Positions 39,635 to 49,808 of a stretch of 64,000 bases of DNA are shown here, piece by piece. Every line of letters starts with the position of its first letter. The stretch's first letter is position 1. A program made the translations under genes and the position numbers. Source of the DNA: Armatimonadota bacterium (GTDB lineage Bacteria > Armatimonadota > SYMT01); assembly GCA_046292385.1 (NCBI GenBank), contig JBKBRF010000036.1, positions 8,012 through 72,011 on the forward strand. The letters run 5' to 3'. The notes under the pieces were generated by a model. It had not been told where the DNA came from and searched no databases. It saw nothing but the letters and a program-made list of their open reading frames with translations.

Positions 39635-40924
39635 ATGCGTTTTCTCAACACCCGTACGGACCCCGCCGAGCGCGTCACCGCGGCGCTGACCCAATCGAAC
39701 AGCCTCGACCTCCCCGAAGTGGAGGCCGCGGCGCGCGCCGTGATCGAGGAGGTCCGCCGGGGCGGCGATGCCGCGGTGCGGGACTGCCTCCGCCGCTTCG
39801 ACCGGGTGGAGCTGGACGAGCTGGAAGTCTCCGCCGCGGAGCTCGACGCCGCCGAGGCGTTGGTTGACGCCGAGTTCATCCAGGCCGTGGAGACCTCCAT
39901 CGCGAACGTGCGCGTCTTCCATGAGAAGCAGCGCCGCGAGAGCTGGGAGTGGACCGAAAACGGCGCCCGGCTGGGCCAGATCATCCGGCCGCTGGAGCGG
40001 GTCGGCGTGGTGGTGCCGGCGGGCAAGGCGCCGCTCCCGAGCACCCTGATCATGGCGGCGGTTCCGGCGCGCGTGGCGGGCGTGGATGAGGTGATCGTTT
40101 GCTCCACGCCGGGTAAGGACGGCGCCGTGAGCCCGTACACGCTCGTTGCGGCCCGGCGGGCGGGGGTGGACCGCGTCTTCAAGATCGGCGGGGCGCAGTC
40201 GGTGGCGGCGATGGCGTTCGGGACCGAGACGGTGCCGAAGGTCGACAAGATCGTCGGCCCCGGCAGCCCCTATACCGTTCTGGCGAAGCGGCTCGTCTAT
40301 GGCCACGTCGACATCGAGAGCCTTCCCGGCCCCACGGAGGTGCTGGTGATCGCGGATGACACCGCCAACCCGCGCTGGATCGCCGCCGACCTCCTCTCGC
40401 AGGCGGAGCACGGGGCGGACAGCCTGGCGGTGCTCCTGACCCCCAGCGAGGCGCTCGGCCGCGCCGTGGCGGCAGAGGTGGAGCGCCAGATCCCCGGTCT
40501 CTCCCACGCCGACACGCTGCGCGCCTGCGTGCGGGAGCACGGCTGGGTGATCGTGACCCGCGACCTGGAAGAGGCGTGCGAGCTGGCGAACCGCTGCGCG
40601 CCGGAGCACCTGGAGCTGGTGGTGGAAGACCCGGACGCCTGGCTGCCCCGCATCCGGCACGCCGGCGCCGTCTTCATCGGCGGCTACACGCCGGAGCCGG
40701 TGGGGGACTACGTCGCCGGCCCGAGCCACATCCTGCCGACCGGCGGCACCGCCCGCTTCTCCTCCCCGCTCCACCTGGACGACTTCGTGAAGAAGATCTC
40801 CGTCCTCCGCTACACGCGGGAGCGCTTCGAGCGGGAAGCCGCGCACGTGATCCGCCTGGCGGAAGCGGAAACCCTGGACGCCCACGCCAACGCGATCCGC
40901 GTCCGGCTGGAAGGTGGGGCGTAG
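39635..40924 (+). CDS. hisD: Histidinol dehydrogenase
   Basis: PKVDKIVGPG, PGPTEVLVIAD, DLLSQAEHG, APEHLEL, GDYVAGPSHILPTGGTARFSSPL. Confidence 0.96.
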   Translation: MRFLNTRTDPAERVTAALTQSNSLDLPEVEAAARAVIEEVRRGGDAAVRDCLRRFDRVELDELEVSAAELDAAEALVDAEFIQAVETSIANVRVFHEKQRRESWEWTENGARLGQIIRPLERVGVVVPAGKAPLPSTLIMAAVPARVAGVDEVIVCSTPGKDGAVSPYTLVAARRAGVDRVFKIGGAQSVAAMAFGTETVPKVDKIVGPGSPYTVLAKRLVYGHVDIESLPGPTEVLVIADDTANPRWIAADLLSQAEHGADSLAVLLTPSEALGRAVAAEVERQIPGLSHADTLRACVREHGWVIVTRDLEEACELANRCAPEHLELVVEDPDAWLPRIRHAGAVFIGGYTPEPVGDYVAGPSHILPTGGTARFSSPLHLDDFVKKISVLRYTRERFEREAAHVIRLAEAETLDAHANAIRVRLEGGA

Positions 40925-40934
40925 CCGAACCTTC

Positions 40935-41201
40935 ATTCACCACAGAGCGCACAGAGGGCACAGAGAGGAACCGAACCAGAATCCGAACCGGACTTACCGC
41001 CAAGAGCGCAAAGGACGCAAAGAGGAGCCAGAAGGAGAAACTCCGGGGCCGCAGTACGGAGCTCGAGACGCGCAGCAGGCCCATTCCTCTTGGCGAGCTT
41101 GGCGCTCTTGGCGGTTAGGGCTGGTTCCCTCTACACGCTCCGCGTCCTCTGCGGTGAATCCGGTTCGGAGTCTCTGTGTGCTCCGTACGCTCTGTGGTTG
41201 A
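40935..41201. repeat. CAGAG-family composite/nested inverted-repeat element
   Basis: Outer accacagagcgcacagag/ctctgtggt; inner accgccaagagcgc/gcgctcttggcggt; shared core aggagaaactccggggccgcagtacgg. Confidence 0.85.
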
Positions 41202-41227
41202 CCTGTTCCATTCTGGAGGCTGATCGG

Positions 41228-41992
41228 ATGAGTCTGCAGCTATTCTCGCTCGAGGGTCGGGTGGCGCTGGTGACGGGCGGTAGTAAGGGGCTGGGGCTGG
41301 AGATGGCCCGGGCGCTGGCTGCCGCGGGGGCGGACGTGGCGATCACCTCCCGCAACCAGGCGGAGGTGGAAGAGGCGGCGCGGCTGGTGCGGGAAGAGAC
41401 GGGGCGGCGCACGCTCGGTATCGAGGCGGATGCCGGCGTGGCCGCGGATGCTGACCGGATGGTGGCGCGCACCGCCGCGGAGCTAGGCCGGCTCGACATC
41501 CTGGTGAACAACGCCGGGATCAACCGGCACGCCTTCGTACAGGACCAGGGCGAGGAGGACTGGAACGCCGTGCTGCAGATCGACCTGAACGGTCCGATGC
41601 TCTGCACGCGCGCGGCGGTCCGGCAGATGCTGGCGCAGGGGTACGGTCGCGTCATCAACATCTCCAGCATCTTCGGTCTCGTCGGCTACCAGAAGCGCGG
41701 CGCCTACTGCGCCTCCAAGGGCGCGCTGGTGAACCTCACCAAGTGCTACGCGGTGGAGCTGGCGCAGACCGGCATCACCGTCAACTGCATCTGTCCCGGC
41801 CCGTTCGAGACGCCGATGACCGCCAAGCTCGTCCAGGGCGCCAATCGCGAGGACTTCACCAACCGCATCCCGATGGGCCGCTGGGGGAGCCCGCAGGAGC
41901 TGGTCGGCGCGGTGCTCTACTTCGCCTCCGACGCGGCGGCGTTCACCACCGGCGCGGTGCTCGCCGTCGACGGCGGCTGGACCGCGATCTGA
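41228..41992 (+). CDS. SDR family oxidoreductase
   Basis: TGGSKGLG, NNAG, YCASK, VNCICPGPF, VDGGWTA; RBS GGAGG. Confidence 0.92.
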   Translation: MSLQLFSLEGRVALVTGGSKGLGLEMARALAAAGADVAITSRNQAEVEEAARLVREETGRRTLGIEADAGVAADADRMVARTAAELGRLDILVNNAGINRHAFVQDQGEEDWNAVLQIDLNGPMLCTRAAVRQMLAQGYGRVINISSIFGLVGYQKRGAYCASKGALVNLTKCYAVELAQTGITVNCICPGPFETPMTAKLVQGANREDFTNRIPMGRWGSPQELVGAVLYFASDAAAFTTGAVLAVDGGWTAI

Positions 41993-42050
41993 TGCTGGGG
42001 ATGGACGGGGCAGCGAGCACGCTCAGGTTTCCGGGACCACTCCGCGGACA

Positions 42051-42147
42051 CAGCCTTTGGAGTGCGGCAGCTTGCTGCCGCTTTCCGGCGACCGCTCCCG
42101 CACCCGGCAGCCGAAAGCGAGAGCAAGCTCTCGCACTCCAAAGGCTG
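42051..42147. repeat. REP doublet (REPIN-like)
   Basis: 35-nt inverted arms, each with own hairpin: gcggcagc-tt-gctgccgc and gcgagagc-aa-gctctcgc. Confidence 0.85.
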
Positions 42148-42194
42148 GCTCGACGGGTGGGTGTGACTAACCGGGAAGCATGGATGGTGCCGGC

Positions 42195-43100
42195 ATGACG
42201 CACGCTGAAGCCTCACCGGGCCTTACCGCCGCCTGTCCCCCCAAGCTCAACCTCTACCTGCGGATCGTCCGCCGCCGGGAGGACGGCTTTCACGAGCTGG
42301 AGACCGTCTTCCAATCGGTCTCCGGCGGCGACCTCCTCACGGCGGAGCCGGCGGAGGAGCTTTCGCTCCACTGCGACGCGCCGGGGGTGCCGTCGGACCG
42401 GACGAACCTGGTCTACCAGGCGGCGCTGCTCCTCCAGGAGCGGTATCCGGAGGCGGCGGGGCGCGGCGCCCGGTTGACGCTGGAGAAGCACACGCCGAGC
42501 GGGGCGGGGATGGGCGGCGGTAGCGTCGACGCCGCGGCGGCGCTGGTGCTGCTGGAGCGTCTCTGGAACCTGCAGGTCGCCCCGGAAGAGCGCGCCGCGC
42601 TGGCGGCGGAGCTGGGGTCCGACGTCCCCTTCTTCCTCACCGGGGGCACGGCGCTGGCCCGCGGGCGAGGCGAGCTGCTTCAGCCGCTGCCGACCGCTCC
42701 GCTCTGGCTGGTGCTGCTCCGCCCGCCGGTGAGCGTGAGCACGCCGTGGGCTTACCGGCAGTGGCATCCGGAGGCGTGCGGCGGCGCCTCCGTGGAGGAG
42801 TTCTCCGCGGCGCTCGCCGGCGGTGACCCGGCGGCGGTGGCGGCGGCCATGCGCAACGACCTGGAGCCGGGAGTCGCAGACGGGGTGCCGGAGATCGCGG
42901 CGGCCCGCGAGTGGCTGCTCCGCGCGGGGGCGCTGGGCGCGCGGATGACCGGCAGCGGGAGCGTCGTCTTCGGCATCGCGCGGGACGTGGCGCACGCGCG
43001 GGAGATCGCGGCGACGCCCGGCGCGCCGGGGCACGTCTGGACTGCCCGCGCGCTTACGGCGGGGGAGGCGGCGCTGGAGCCGCGGCCGCTTCACCGCTGA
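42195..43100 (+). CDS. ispE: 4-(cytidine 5'-diphospho)-2-C-methyl-D-erythritol kinase
   Basis: PKLNLYLRI..RREDGFHELETVFQ, PSGAGMGGGSVDAAA, LGSDVPFF, NDLE, MTGSGS. Confidence 0.95.
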   Translation: MTHAEASPGLTAACPPKLNLYLRIVRRREDGFHELETVFQSVSGGDLLTAEPAEELSLHCDAPGVPSDRTNLVYQAALLLQERYPEAAGRGARLTLEKHTPSGAGMGGGSVDAAAALVLLERLWNLQVAPEERAALAAELGSDVPFFLTGGTALARGRGELLQPLPTAPLWLVLLRPPVSVSTPWAYRQWHPEACGGASVEEFSAALAGGDPAAVAAAMRNDLEPGVADGVPEIAAAREWLLRAGALGARMTGSGSVVFGIARDVAHAREIAATPGAPGHVWTARALTAGEAALEPRPLHR

Positions 43101-44721
43101 TCGCCCGGCGGACCCGCTCCTCGCGCTCGGCCGCCGAGAGCCGGGCCCACTCCTGGTCCCACTCCCGCAGCTCCGCCTCGCTGCGGCGGGAGTAGACGGC
43201 GAAGCGGAAGTCCTTGCGCAGGTGCGCGGGGAGGTCGAGCCCGGAGAAGGTCGCCCGCGCCCGGTAGCGGCGCGCGAACTCCGTCCGCTCCGCCTCGTCC
43301 GCGAACATCGGCACGCGGCTGTTGATCGTCAGGTTGCGCAGCAGGAAGTAGGGCCGCTCCACCACGTACGGCGGCTCGAGCTGGCGCAGCATCTCCCCGA
43401 ACCAGCCGCCGCCCCGGCGGTTGAGCGGCACCATCTCCGGGGAGACGAGCCCGACCTCGTCCAGCACCGGGCGCTGCGAGTAGTAGCCGACGTAGCCGAT
43501 CGGCTCCATCGCCACGCGCGCGCCGGGCGGGGTCCGCTCCCGCAGCCAGAGCCCGATCTCCCGCCGCACGCTCGTCTCGCCCTCTTGCTGGCGCCGCGAG
43601 TCGGCGGCGGTCGGCAGCAGCCAGGCGACCAGCCCCAGCGCAAAGAGCGCGAGGACTCCGGCAGAGGCCGCGCGCGCGGTGCCGGGCCGCAGCCGGTCCT
43701 GGGCCAGCCGGTGGAGGCTGGCGAAGCCGAGGGCGCTCAGGACGTAGGCGGGAAGCAGCAGGAGCGGGAAGTACCAGACGAAGAGCAGCGTCTTCGGCAG
43801 CACCAGGTAGGCCCACCAGACGCCGAGCAGCAGCACCAGCGGGCGCGCCGGGGTGCGCCATCCGGCCCGCAGTCCCGCCATCAGGCACGGCGCCAGCAGC
43901 GCGAGGGCGAGCAGGCGTCCCGCGGGGAGGTGCGCCGGCAGCACCTGCGCGAGGGTGTCCTGGACGTTCGGCCAGTGCGACGGCCGGTGGAGGTTGTACG
44001 CCGCCGCCTTGGCGGGAATGCTGTGCGGCACGGGGGAGCCGTAGTAGAGCGTGGCGGGGATCACCCACGGCGCCACGAGCACCGCCGCCAGGAGCGCCGG
44101 AGCCCACGGCAGCCGTCCGGTGCGGCGCCACCGGAGCCCGAGGAGCACCAGGCCGGCGAGCGCCCCCTCGGGCCGGACGAGCGTGAGCAGCCCGAGCGCC
44201 GCGCCGAGCGCCCGCGGGCGGTCCGCCGCGTCGGCGAGGAAGGCGAGGGTGAGCAGCAGCAGCGCGAAGGAAGTCTCCATCCCGCTCACGGAGACCGGCA
44301 CGATCACCGGCGAGAGGCCGAACAGCAGCGACCACCAGAGCACCGCCGGCAGGCTGCGCGTCTGGCCGCCGAGCCAGCGCGCCCAGAGCAGCAGCGTCAG
44401 GCCGTCGGCCAGGCCGGTCAGCAGGCGCACCCAGTAGAGCGGGTCGAGCCCCAGCCGGGAGAACCCGGCCAGGAAGAGGACGTGCAGCGGGGTAGAGGCG
44501 CCGAAGACCCGCTCGCCCGGGTTGTAGACCAGTCCGTGCCCCGCCGCCAGGTTCTCCGCGTAGCGCAGGGAGATGAAGGCGTCTTCGTAGATGGCGCCGG
44601 TCCAGAACAGGTAGGCCCACCGCACCCCCACCGCGGCGCACGCCAGGAAGAGTGCCCACGGGAGCGAGGGGACCGGACCCTTGTCCGGGAGCGGCGGGCG
44701 GCTGGAGGGAGTGGACGGCAT
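43054..44721 (-). CDS. Multi-TM membrane protein, GT-C glycosyltransferase-like
   Basis: EDAFISLRYAENLAAGHGLVYNPGERV, SGMETS, LVRPEG, IGYVGYYS..DEVGLVSP; many TM helices; 47-nt convergent overlap with ispE. Confidence 0.75.
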   Translation of the reverse strand: MPSTPSSRPPLPDKGPVPSLPWALFLACAAVGVRWAYLFWTGAIYEDAFISLRYAENLAAGHGLVYNPGERVFGASTPLHVLFLAGFSRLGLDPLYWVRLLTGLADGLTLLLWARWLGGQTRSLPAVLWWSLLFGLSPVIVPVSVSGMETSFALLLLTLAFLADAADRPRALGAALGLLTLVRPEGALAGLVLLGLRWRRTGRLPWAPALLAAVLVAPWVIPATLYYGSPVPHSIPAKAAAYNLHRPSHWPNVQDTLAQVLPAHLPAGRLLALALLAPCLMAGLRAGWRTPARPLVLLLGVWWAYLVLPKTLLFVWYFPLLLLPAYVLSALGFASLHRLAQDRLRPGTARAASAGVLALFALGLVAWLLPTAADSRRQQEGETSVRREIGLWLRERTPPGARVAMEPIGYVGYYSQRPVLDEVGLVSPEMVPLNRRGGGWFGEMLRQLEPPYVVERPYFLLRNLTINSRVPMFADEAERTEFARRYRARATFSGLDLPAHLRKDFRFAVYSRRSEAELREWDQEWARLSAAEREERVRRAISGEAAAAPAPPPPP

Positions 44722-44862
44722 ACGGCGGGGGCGGGACAGCGTCGATCGCGCACTCAAGTATACTCGTGCCGGCCGCCTGAAGGCGCCTGCCGCGTTTGTC
44801 CCGCGCGCCGGCCGTCGATACAACGGATGGGTCCCTGTTCGGCGCCGGTCCTCTCTAAAGCA

Positions 44863-45519
44863 ATGCAGACGCTCCGCATCCCGATTTTTCCGCTGAACGT
44901 CGTGCTCTTTCCGGGCATGCTGCTCCCGCTGCACATCTTCGAGCCGCGTTATCAGGAGATGGTCCGCGCCTGCCTCGATCGCGACGGCCGGTTCGGCGTC
45001 TGCCTGATCCGCTCCGGGGTGGAGGTGGGCGGGCCGGCCGACCCGTACCCCGTGGGCACCACCTGCCGGATCCTCCAGGTGACGCCGCTGGGGGAGGGGA
45101 AGCTGGACCTCAGCACGGTCGGCCACCAGCGCTTCCGGATCGTGCGCCTTTACCACGAGCGTCCCTACCTGGAAGCGGAGGTCGAGCTGCTCGACGACGT
45201 GGGCGGAGAGCTCGGCGACCTGCCGGCGCGGCTGCGAGACGCCGTGGAGCAGTACGTGCTGCGGATGCTGCCGAGCGCCTCGCCGGAGGCGGTGACGCTT
45301 CCGGACGACCCGCTGCTGCTCTCCCACCTGGCGGGCGCGGTGCTCCAGATCTCCCCGGAAGAGCGGCAGGAGGTGCTGGAGATCGACTCCCTCCCGGAGC
45401 GCCTGCGCCGCCAACTGGAGCTCTTCGCGGAAGAGATGACACGCCTGGAGCGCGCGGAGCCGGAGCGGCTGGTCGCGCGGCCGCTGCACCCGGACCCGAG
45501 CAAGTTCTCGCCGAATTGA
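44863..45519 (+). CDS. LON peptidase substrate-binding (N-domain only) protein
   Basis: IPIFPLNVVLFPGMLLPLHIFEPRYQEMV..FGVCLI..GHQRFRI..PYLEAEV. Confidence 0.9.
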   Translation: MQTLRIPIFPLNVVLFPGMLLPLHIFEPRYQEMVRACLDRDGRFGVCLIRSGVEVGGPADPYPVGTTCRILQVTPLGEGKLDLSTVGHQRFRIVRLYHERPYLEAEVELLDDVGGELGDLPARLRDAVEQYVLRMLPSASPEAVTLPDDPLLLSHLAGAVLQISPEERQEVLEIDSLPERLRRQLELFAEEMTRLERAEPERLVARPLHPDPSKFSPN

Positions 45520-45520
45520 G

Positions 45521-45678
45521 GTATCGCGTATTGCGTATTCCGTATTGCGTAGCGGCTCGCTTGCACCGTTTCACAACACGTCGTGCCGGGCGAGACGTTT
45601 CTTGGAGCTTCTCGCCCGGCACGACGTACTGCAACGAGGTAGCAGCCGACCGTTACGCAATACGGAATACGCACTACG
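45521..45678. repeat. Long palindrome with TATTGCG heptamer arms
   Basis: Perfect 20-bp IR 45532-45551/45654-45673 and perfect 18-bp IR 45578-45595/45610-45627. Confidence 0.9.
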
Positions 45679-45746
45679 AGAACCCCGCTGGAGCGCTGTA
45701 CTCCGCGCCGACCCGCCAGGCCGCCGCGGGGGAGACGGGCCGCCAG

Positions 45747-46550
45747 CTAGAAAAACCGCTGCTCGTCCACGTACTTCCGCTGGAAGTCCTCGTCGGTCGA
45801 CGCGAGGTAGAGGATCCCCTGGAGGATGCTGAGCGGCGCGGTGACGATCGTCCCGATGCAGAACGGGAGGTTCATCGCCAGGAAGGCGAGACCCCACTTC
45901 GGCTGGTTCAGGTAGAAGAAGTGGATGCCGAGCCAGCCGAGGAAGATCGCCAGCAGCCCGGCGATGACCCGGTCCTTCTGAGGCCGCACCGGATGGTAGA
46001 CGACATACGGCGCGGGATGCGGCGCGTAGCTGGGGCCGGGCAGCGGGGGCGGGACCGGGGGGAAAGGCGCCGCGGGCGGCTCCGGCCGCAGGGGCGGGGC
46101 CGCGGCGGGGTCCTCGAAGCGGAACTGGGCTTCCCCCATCCGCAGCTCGTCCCCGTGGCGCAGCACCGCGTGGCCGGGCACCGGGGCTCCGTTGAGCACC
46201 ACTCCCTGGTTGGAGCCGAGGTCCTCCACTGCGAAGTAGGGGTGGACGCGGTAGATGCGCGCGTGCCGGTCCGCCAGCAGCGGCACCCGGTCCAGGGTGA
46301 CGTCGTTCCCCAGCTCGCGCCCGATGGTGACCGGCTTCTCCGGGCTCAGGGGGATTACCACGCCGGAGAGGTCCGGTCCCAGCCCCACCAGGCGAGCTCC
46401 GGTGGGCTCCGGCGGCGACGTCGCTCCTCCCTCGGCGGCAGCGCCCTCCGCGTCCGGCCGGGCGAGACCGCAGCGGGCGCAGCGGGTGGCGGGGGAGACG
46501 TTGGGCGTCCCGCAGAAGCAGGTCCAGAGCTGGCCGCGACCCACGTTCAT
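45747..46550 (-). CDS. Zn-finger + FHA + TM2 (NINE) domain membrane protein
   Basis: WTCFCGTPN..CARCG; IGRELGNDV..DRHARI..EDLGSNQGVVLNG..LRHGDELRMG; KDRVIAGLLAIFLGWLGIHFFYL. Confidence 0.85.
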   Translation of the reverse strand: MNVGRGQLWTCFCGTPNVSPATRCARCGLARPDAEGAAAEGGATSPPEPTGARLVGLGPDLSGVVIPLSPEKPVTIGRELGNDVTLDRVPLLADRHARIYRVHPYFAVEDLGSNQGVVLNGAPVPGHAVLRHGDELRMGEAQFRFEDPAAAPPLRPEPPAAPFPPVPPPLPGPSYAPHPAPYVVYHPVRPQKDRVIAGLLAIFLGWLGIHFFYLNQPKWGLAFLAMNLPFCIGTIVTAPLSILQGILYLASTDEDFQRKYVDEQRFF

Positions 46551-46581
46551 CCTGTCACCCTGCTCCTCCACTCGGCCTAGT

Positions 46582-47448
46582 TCAAGCGAGTCCTGCCTCC
46601 GCGAAGACGCGGTCCAGGCTTTCCATAGTAACGCGCGCCGCCTGCAGCGGGTCACGCTCCGCGAGCTCCCGCAGGGGCTGGTTGAACGGCTCCACCGTGA
46701 CCGGCCCCTCGTAACCGATCTCGTGGAGGGTCCGCAGCAGGTCGCCGTTCGGGATGACGCCGGTCTCCGCCGGCAGGCACCGCCGGTTGTCGATCTGGTC
46801 CAGCACGTCGATGCCGGCGGGGGCATCGTTGAGATGGACGTAGACCACGTCCTCCGCGGTCAGCTTGCGCAGGTCGTCCAGCGTGCTCTGCGCGGTGTAC
46901 CAGTGCCAGACGTCGAAGAGCAGGCCGACGTTCCCGGTGCCGACCGCGCAGGCGAGGGTGAGCATGCCGTCCATCGTGTGGACGAACCCGTACCGGTGCG
47001 GCGCGCGGCTGGTGCGGGGGCCGATGAACTCCAGGCCGAGGGAGTGGCCGTAGTCTCGCAGGATCTCCGCGGAGAGTCGGAAGCGGCGCACCACCCGGTC
47101 GAAGTGCTCCTGCCGCGGCAGCTCGTCGCTCCAGCCGAGGACCCAGGTAAAGGTACGGAAGCAGCCGAGCTCCGCGGCCAATCGGGCCTGGGCCGGCAGC
47201 TCGCCCAGGCTCTCGAAGAACTCGTCCTCGGTGCCGCGCCACTGGACCGGAAAGCTCCAGCCGCCCAGCTTCAGCCCGCGCTCCGCGTAGAGCGCGCGCA
47301 CCGAGTCGGTACCTCGCGCCGCCGCCAGCGCCTGCGCGTCCGAGATGTTCAGGTCGGCTCCCTCGAACCCGGCCTGCCGCGCCAGGTCGAGGCCTTCCAC
47401 CCAACCGCACTTGATTCCAATCGCCCCGGGGGCCAGGTTCTTGAACAT
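46582..47448 (-). CDS. Sugar phosphate isomerase/epimerase (xylose isomerase-like TIM barrel)
   Basis: GLEFIGP, GLLFDVWHW, YVHLNDA, RCLP, IGYEGPVTVEPF. Confidence 0.88.
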   Translation of the reverse strand: MFKNLAPGAIGIKCGWVEGLDLARQAGFEGADLNISDAQALAAARGTDSVRALYAERGLKLGGWSFPVQWRGTEDEFFESLGELPAQARLAAELGCFRTFTWVLGWSDELPRQEHFDRVVRRFRLSAEILRDYGHSLGLEFIGPRTSRAPHRYGFVHTMDGMLTLACAVGTGNVGLLFDVWHWYTAQSTLDDLRKLTAEDVVYVHLNDAPAGIDVLDQIDNRRCLPAETGVIPNGDLLRTLHEIGYEGPVTVEPFNQPLRELAERDPLQAARVTMESLDRVFAEAGLA

Positions 47449-47565
47449 CCGCCGCGCTCCTCTACTATCCTACCCGCATGGCCGCGTCGTGCCTCCGCTC
47501 GCCCGCCGGGCCACGGTAACGCTTCGGTGCCGCGCGGCGGCGCACCTGCGACCGCCGCGTACACG

Positions 47566-47603
47566 AAAAGAGCGGGGCGCCCGGAGGCACCCCGCTCCCT
47601 TTT
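47566..47603 (-). terminator. Intrinsic terminator (possibly bidirectional)
   Basis: aaaa-gagcggggcgcc-cgga-ggcaccccgctc-cctttt. Confidence 0.7.
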
Positions 47604-47624
47604 CGATCCGGCCTGGGCCCGCGA

Positions 47625-48425
47625 TTAGCGGTCCCACTTCCAGATGAAGCTGCCGAAGATCGTGCTGTGCTTGCCGCCGCCGAGCTGGAGGATCAGGTTC
47701 TCGTTCGCCGCGTAGGTCGCGGTGATCGCCCAGAAGTCCTCCAGGTCCACGTCGTTGTCGAACGTGTAGCTGGCGGAGAAGGAGAGGCGGTCGAACGGAT
47801 TCCAGGTGGCGCCGATCGCGGCGATGAAGTCGCTGTCGTCACGGAAGAAATCCGGATCGATGTGCGACCACCCCAGGTTCACCGTCGCGAACAGGGTGTC
47901 GGTGAGCCGCTGGTCCGCCGCGAGGGCGACGTCCCAGCGCTGCGCCACGTCGTCCTGGTCCTGGTAGCCGACGTTGAGGCTGACCGCCGGCAGGTTGGCG
48001 TTCTGGGGCTCCCAGATCACCACCTTGCCGCCCACGGCAAAGCCGAAGAAGTCGTCCTCGAAGCCGAAGCGCTCGACGTCGACGTGGGTGTTGAAGAGGC
48101 TGACCCCGATCTGCCAGGGGAGCCCGCTACCGGAGTTGGCGTAGCCGAGGCTCACGCCGTAGGTCAGCAGGTCGCCGAGGCCGCCCGGCAGGTCGCTGGA
48201 GCGGATGAACGGTGCCGCGAGAATGCGGCTGGTGGGGTTCTCCACGTCCGACGGAGACGCCTGGAGGGCGGTCATCGGGCGCGGATCGCCTTCACTCGGG
48301 AGGAACGTGCGACCACCATAGATCTGGTCGTACGACTCCAGGAACTTCGGGTCCGCCGAAGCCGGCGAGCCCGCGCCGACCGCCAGCAGAGCCAGCGAGG
48401 CGACGATGAGAGACTTACGGAACAT
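47625..48425 (-). CDS. Secreted/outer-membrane beta-barrel-like protein
   Basis: Signal peptide MFRKSLIV..ASA; alternating amphipathic strands with aromatic C-terminus FIWKWDR. Confidence 0.65.
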   Translation of the reverse strand: MFRKSLIVASLALLAVGAGSPASADPKFLESYDQIYGGRTFLPSEGDPRPMTALQASPSDVENPTSRILAAPFIRSSDLPGGLGDLLTYGVSLGYANSGSGLPWQIGVSLFNTHVDVERFGFEDDFFGFAVGGKVVIWEPQNANLPAVSLNVGYQDQDDVAQRWDVALAADQRLTDTLFATVNLGWSHIDPDFFRDDSDFIAAIGATWNPFDRLSFSASYTFDNDVDLEDFWAITATYAANENLILQLGGGKHSTIFGSFIWKWDR

Positions 48426-48766
48426 GATCAGCCCTTTCTGGAGCCAACATGCTGACGGTGTCCATGTTTCCCGCCAGCGTATTGAACGCCCGGCAACCTC
48501 AGGCTTGGGGGTTGCCGGGACACCTAGTAGTCTACAGTGGCTAAAGCGATCGGACAAGCGGTCGTTTAGCGATCAAACAGCGTGTGTGCTGCAGATCACA
48601 GGAGTATTCTCGGTTGCTTGCCGGATATGCTAGCAACCTCGATGTCCGCTGGCCCTCGTCGTGACGCCGCCGGTTGCGGGGTGGGGGAGAGGGAACTGGT
48701 CGAAAGGCGGCGGCACCGGTAACCTGAGGGTGGCCGCAGGGCGCGGTCTCGCAGTAGGAGCGTTAG

Positions 48767-49492
48767 ATGCCCCATAGTCCCGCCGCATTGCCGGCGTTCT
48801 CTCCCTCCCGCCGACTCCGTGCCTGGAGAGGCCGGCGGGGCTTTACCCTGATCGAGCTGCTGGTGGTGATCGCGATCATCGCCATCCTCGCCGCGATCCT
48901 CTTCCCCGTCTTCGCACAGGCCCGGGAGAAGGCGCGCCAGATCTCCTGCGCCTCGAACCTCAAGAACCTCGGCACGGCGGCGCAGATGTACACCCAGGAC
49001 TACGACGAGCAGCTTCCGCTAGCCGCGTACGCCACGGCGGACTTCGACTTCCGCACCTGGCACGAGCTGCTCGACCCGTATGCCCGCAACGTGGAGATCT
49101 GGCGCTGTCCCAGCAGCTCGGTGAAGAAGACGGATCAGAACGGGCGCCCCACCACGCACTTCGGCTATAACGTCCGCTACCTCACGAACATCAACGCCGA
49201 CTTCAGCAACGCGGCCGGCCACAGCGCGGTCTCCCTGGCGGCGATCCAGTCCCCCACAGAGACGGTGCTGTTTGCGGACGCGCGCGCCAGTATCGCCAAT
49301 GGCTGGTGCGGCGACGACGGCAAGTTCATGCTCCCGCCATCCCTCGCCGACGCGCACTGCTGGGGACGCCCGCACGCTCTGCACAGCGAGGGCGCGAACG
49401 TGATGTGGGTGGACGGGCACGTGAAGTGGCACCGCCCGGGCCAGTTCTATACCGGCCAGGCTCCCGTGGACCGGCTGTTCGACCTGCAGTAG
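48767..49492 (+). CDS. Prepilin-type N-terminal cleavage/methylation + H-X9-DG domain protein (DUF1559-like)
   Basis: [55 protein letters not shown]. Confidence 0.92.
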   Translation: MPHSPAALPAFSPSRRLRAWRGRRGFTLIELLVVIAIIAILAAILFPVFAQAREKARQISCASNLKNLGTAAQMYTQDYDEQLPLAAYATADFDFRTWHELLDPYARNVEIWRCPSSSVKKTDQNGRPTTHFGYNVRYLTNINADFSNAAGHSAVSLAAIQSPTETVLFADARASIANGWCGDDGKFMLPPSLADAHCWGRPHALHSEGANVMWVDGHVKWHRPGQFYTGQAPVDRLFDLQ

Positions 49493-49808
49493 GGTCTAGG
49501 GTCTCGCGGCGGTGATGAGCTCTCGAGTCTCCGGGGACGCGATGAGCCCCCGCGTTCGGGAGCGCCTCGCCGGGCCAGTAACTCGTCACGAGCGTGCGTA
49601 TTCCGGAGCAGGACGGCTGCCGAGATTCTTCCCTGCGTTCAGAATGACGAGCTCGGGGAGCGGTGCGTCCATCGAAAGGGGGGCGGAAGCGGCCGGCTGG
49701 CGCTCCTCGGACCCGTTTCTTCGGGTGCGGACGCCAGGGCCGCTCGTCCTCACCGGCAAAGCGAGGCAGAGGTTCCCCGTCGATAGAGTGATTCGCTAGC
49801 GACCGGCA

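Noticed and set aside
48488..48572. Two hairpins upstream of the beta-barrel gene as a riboswitch
   Set aside because: No recognisable conserved aptamer motif.
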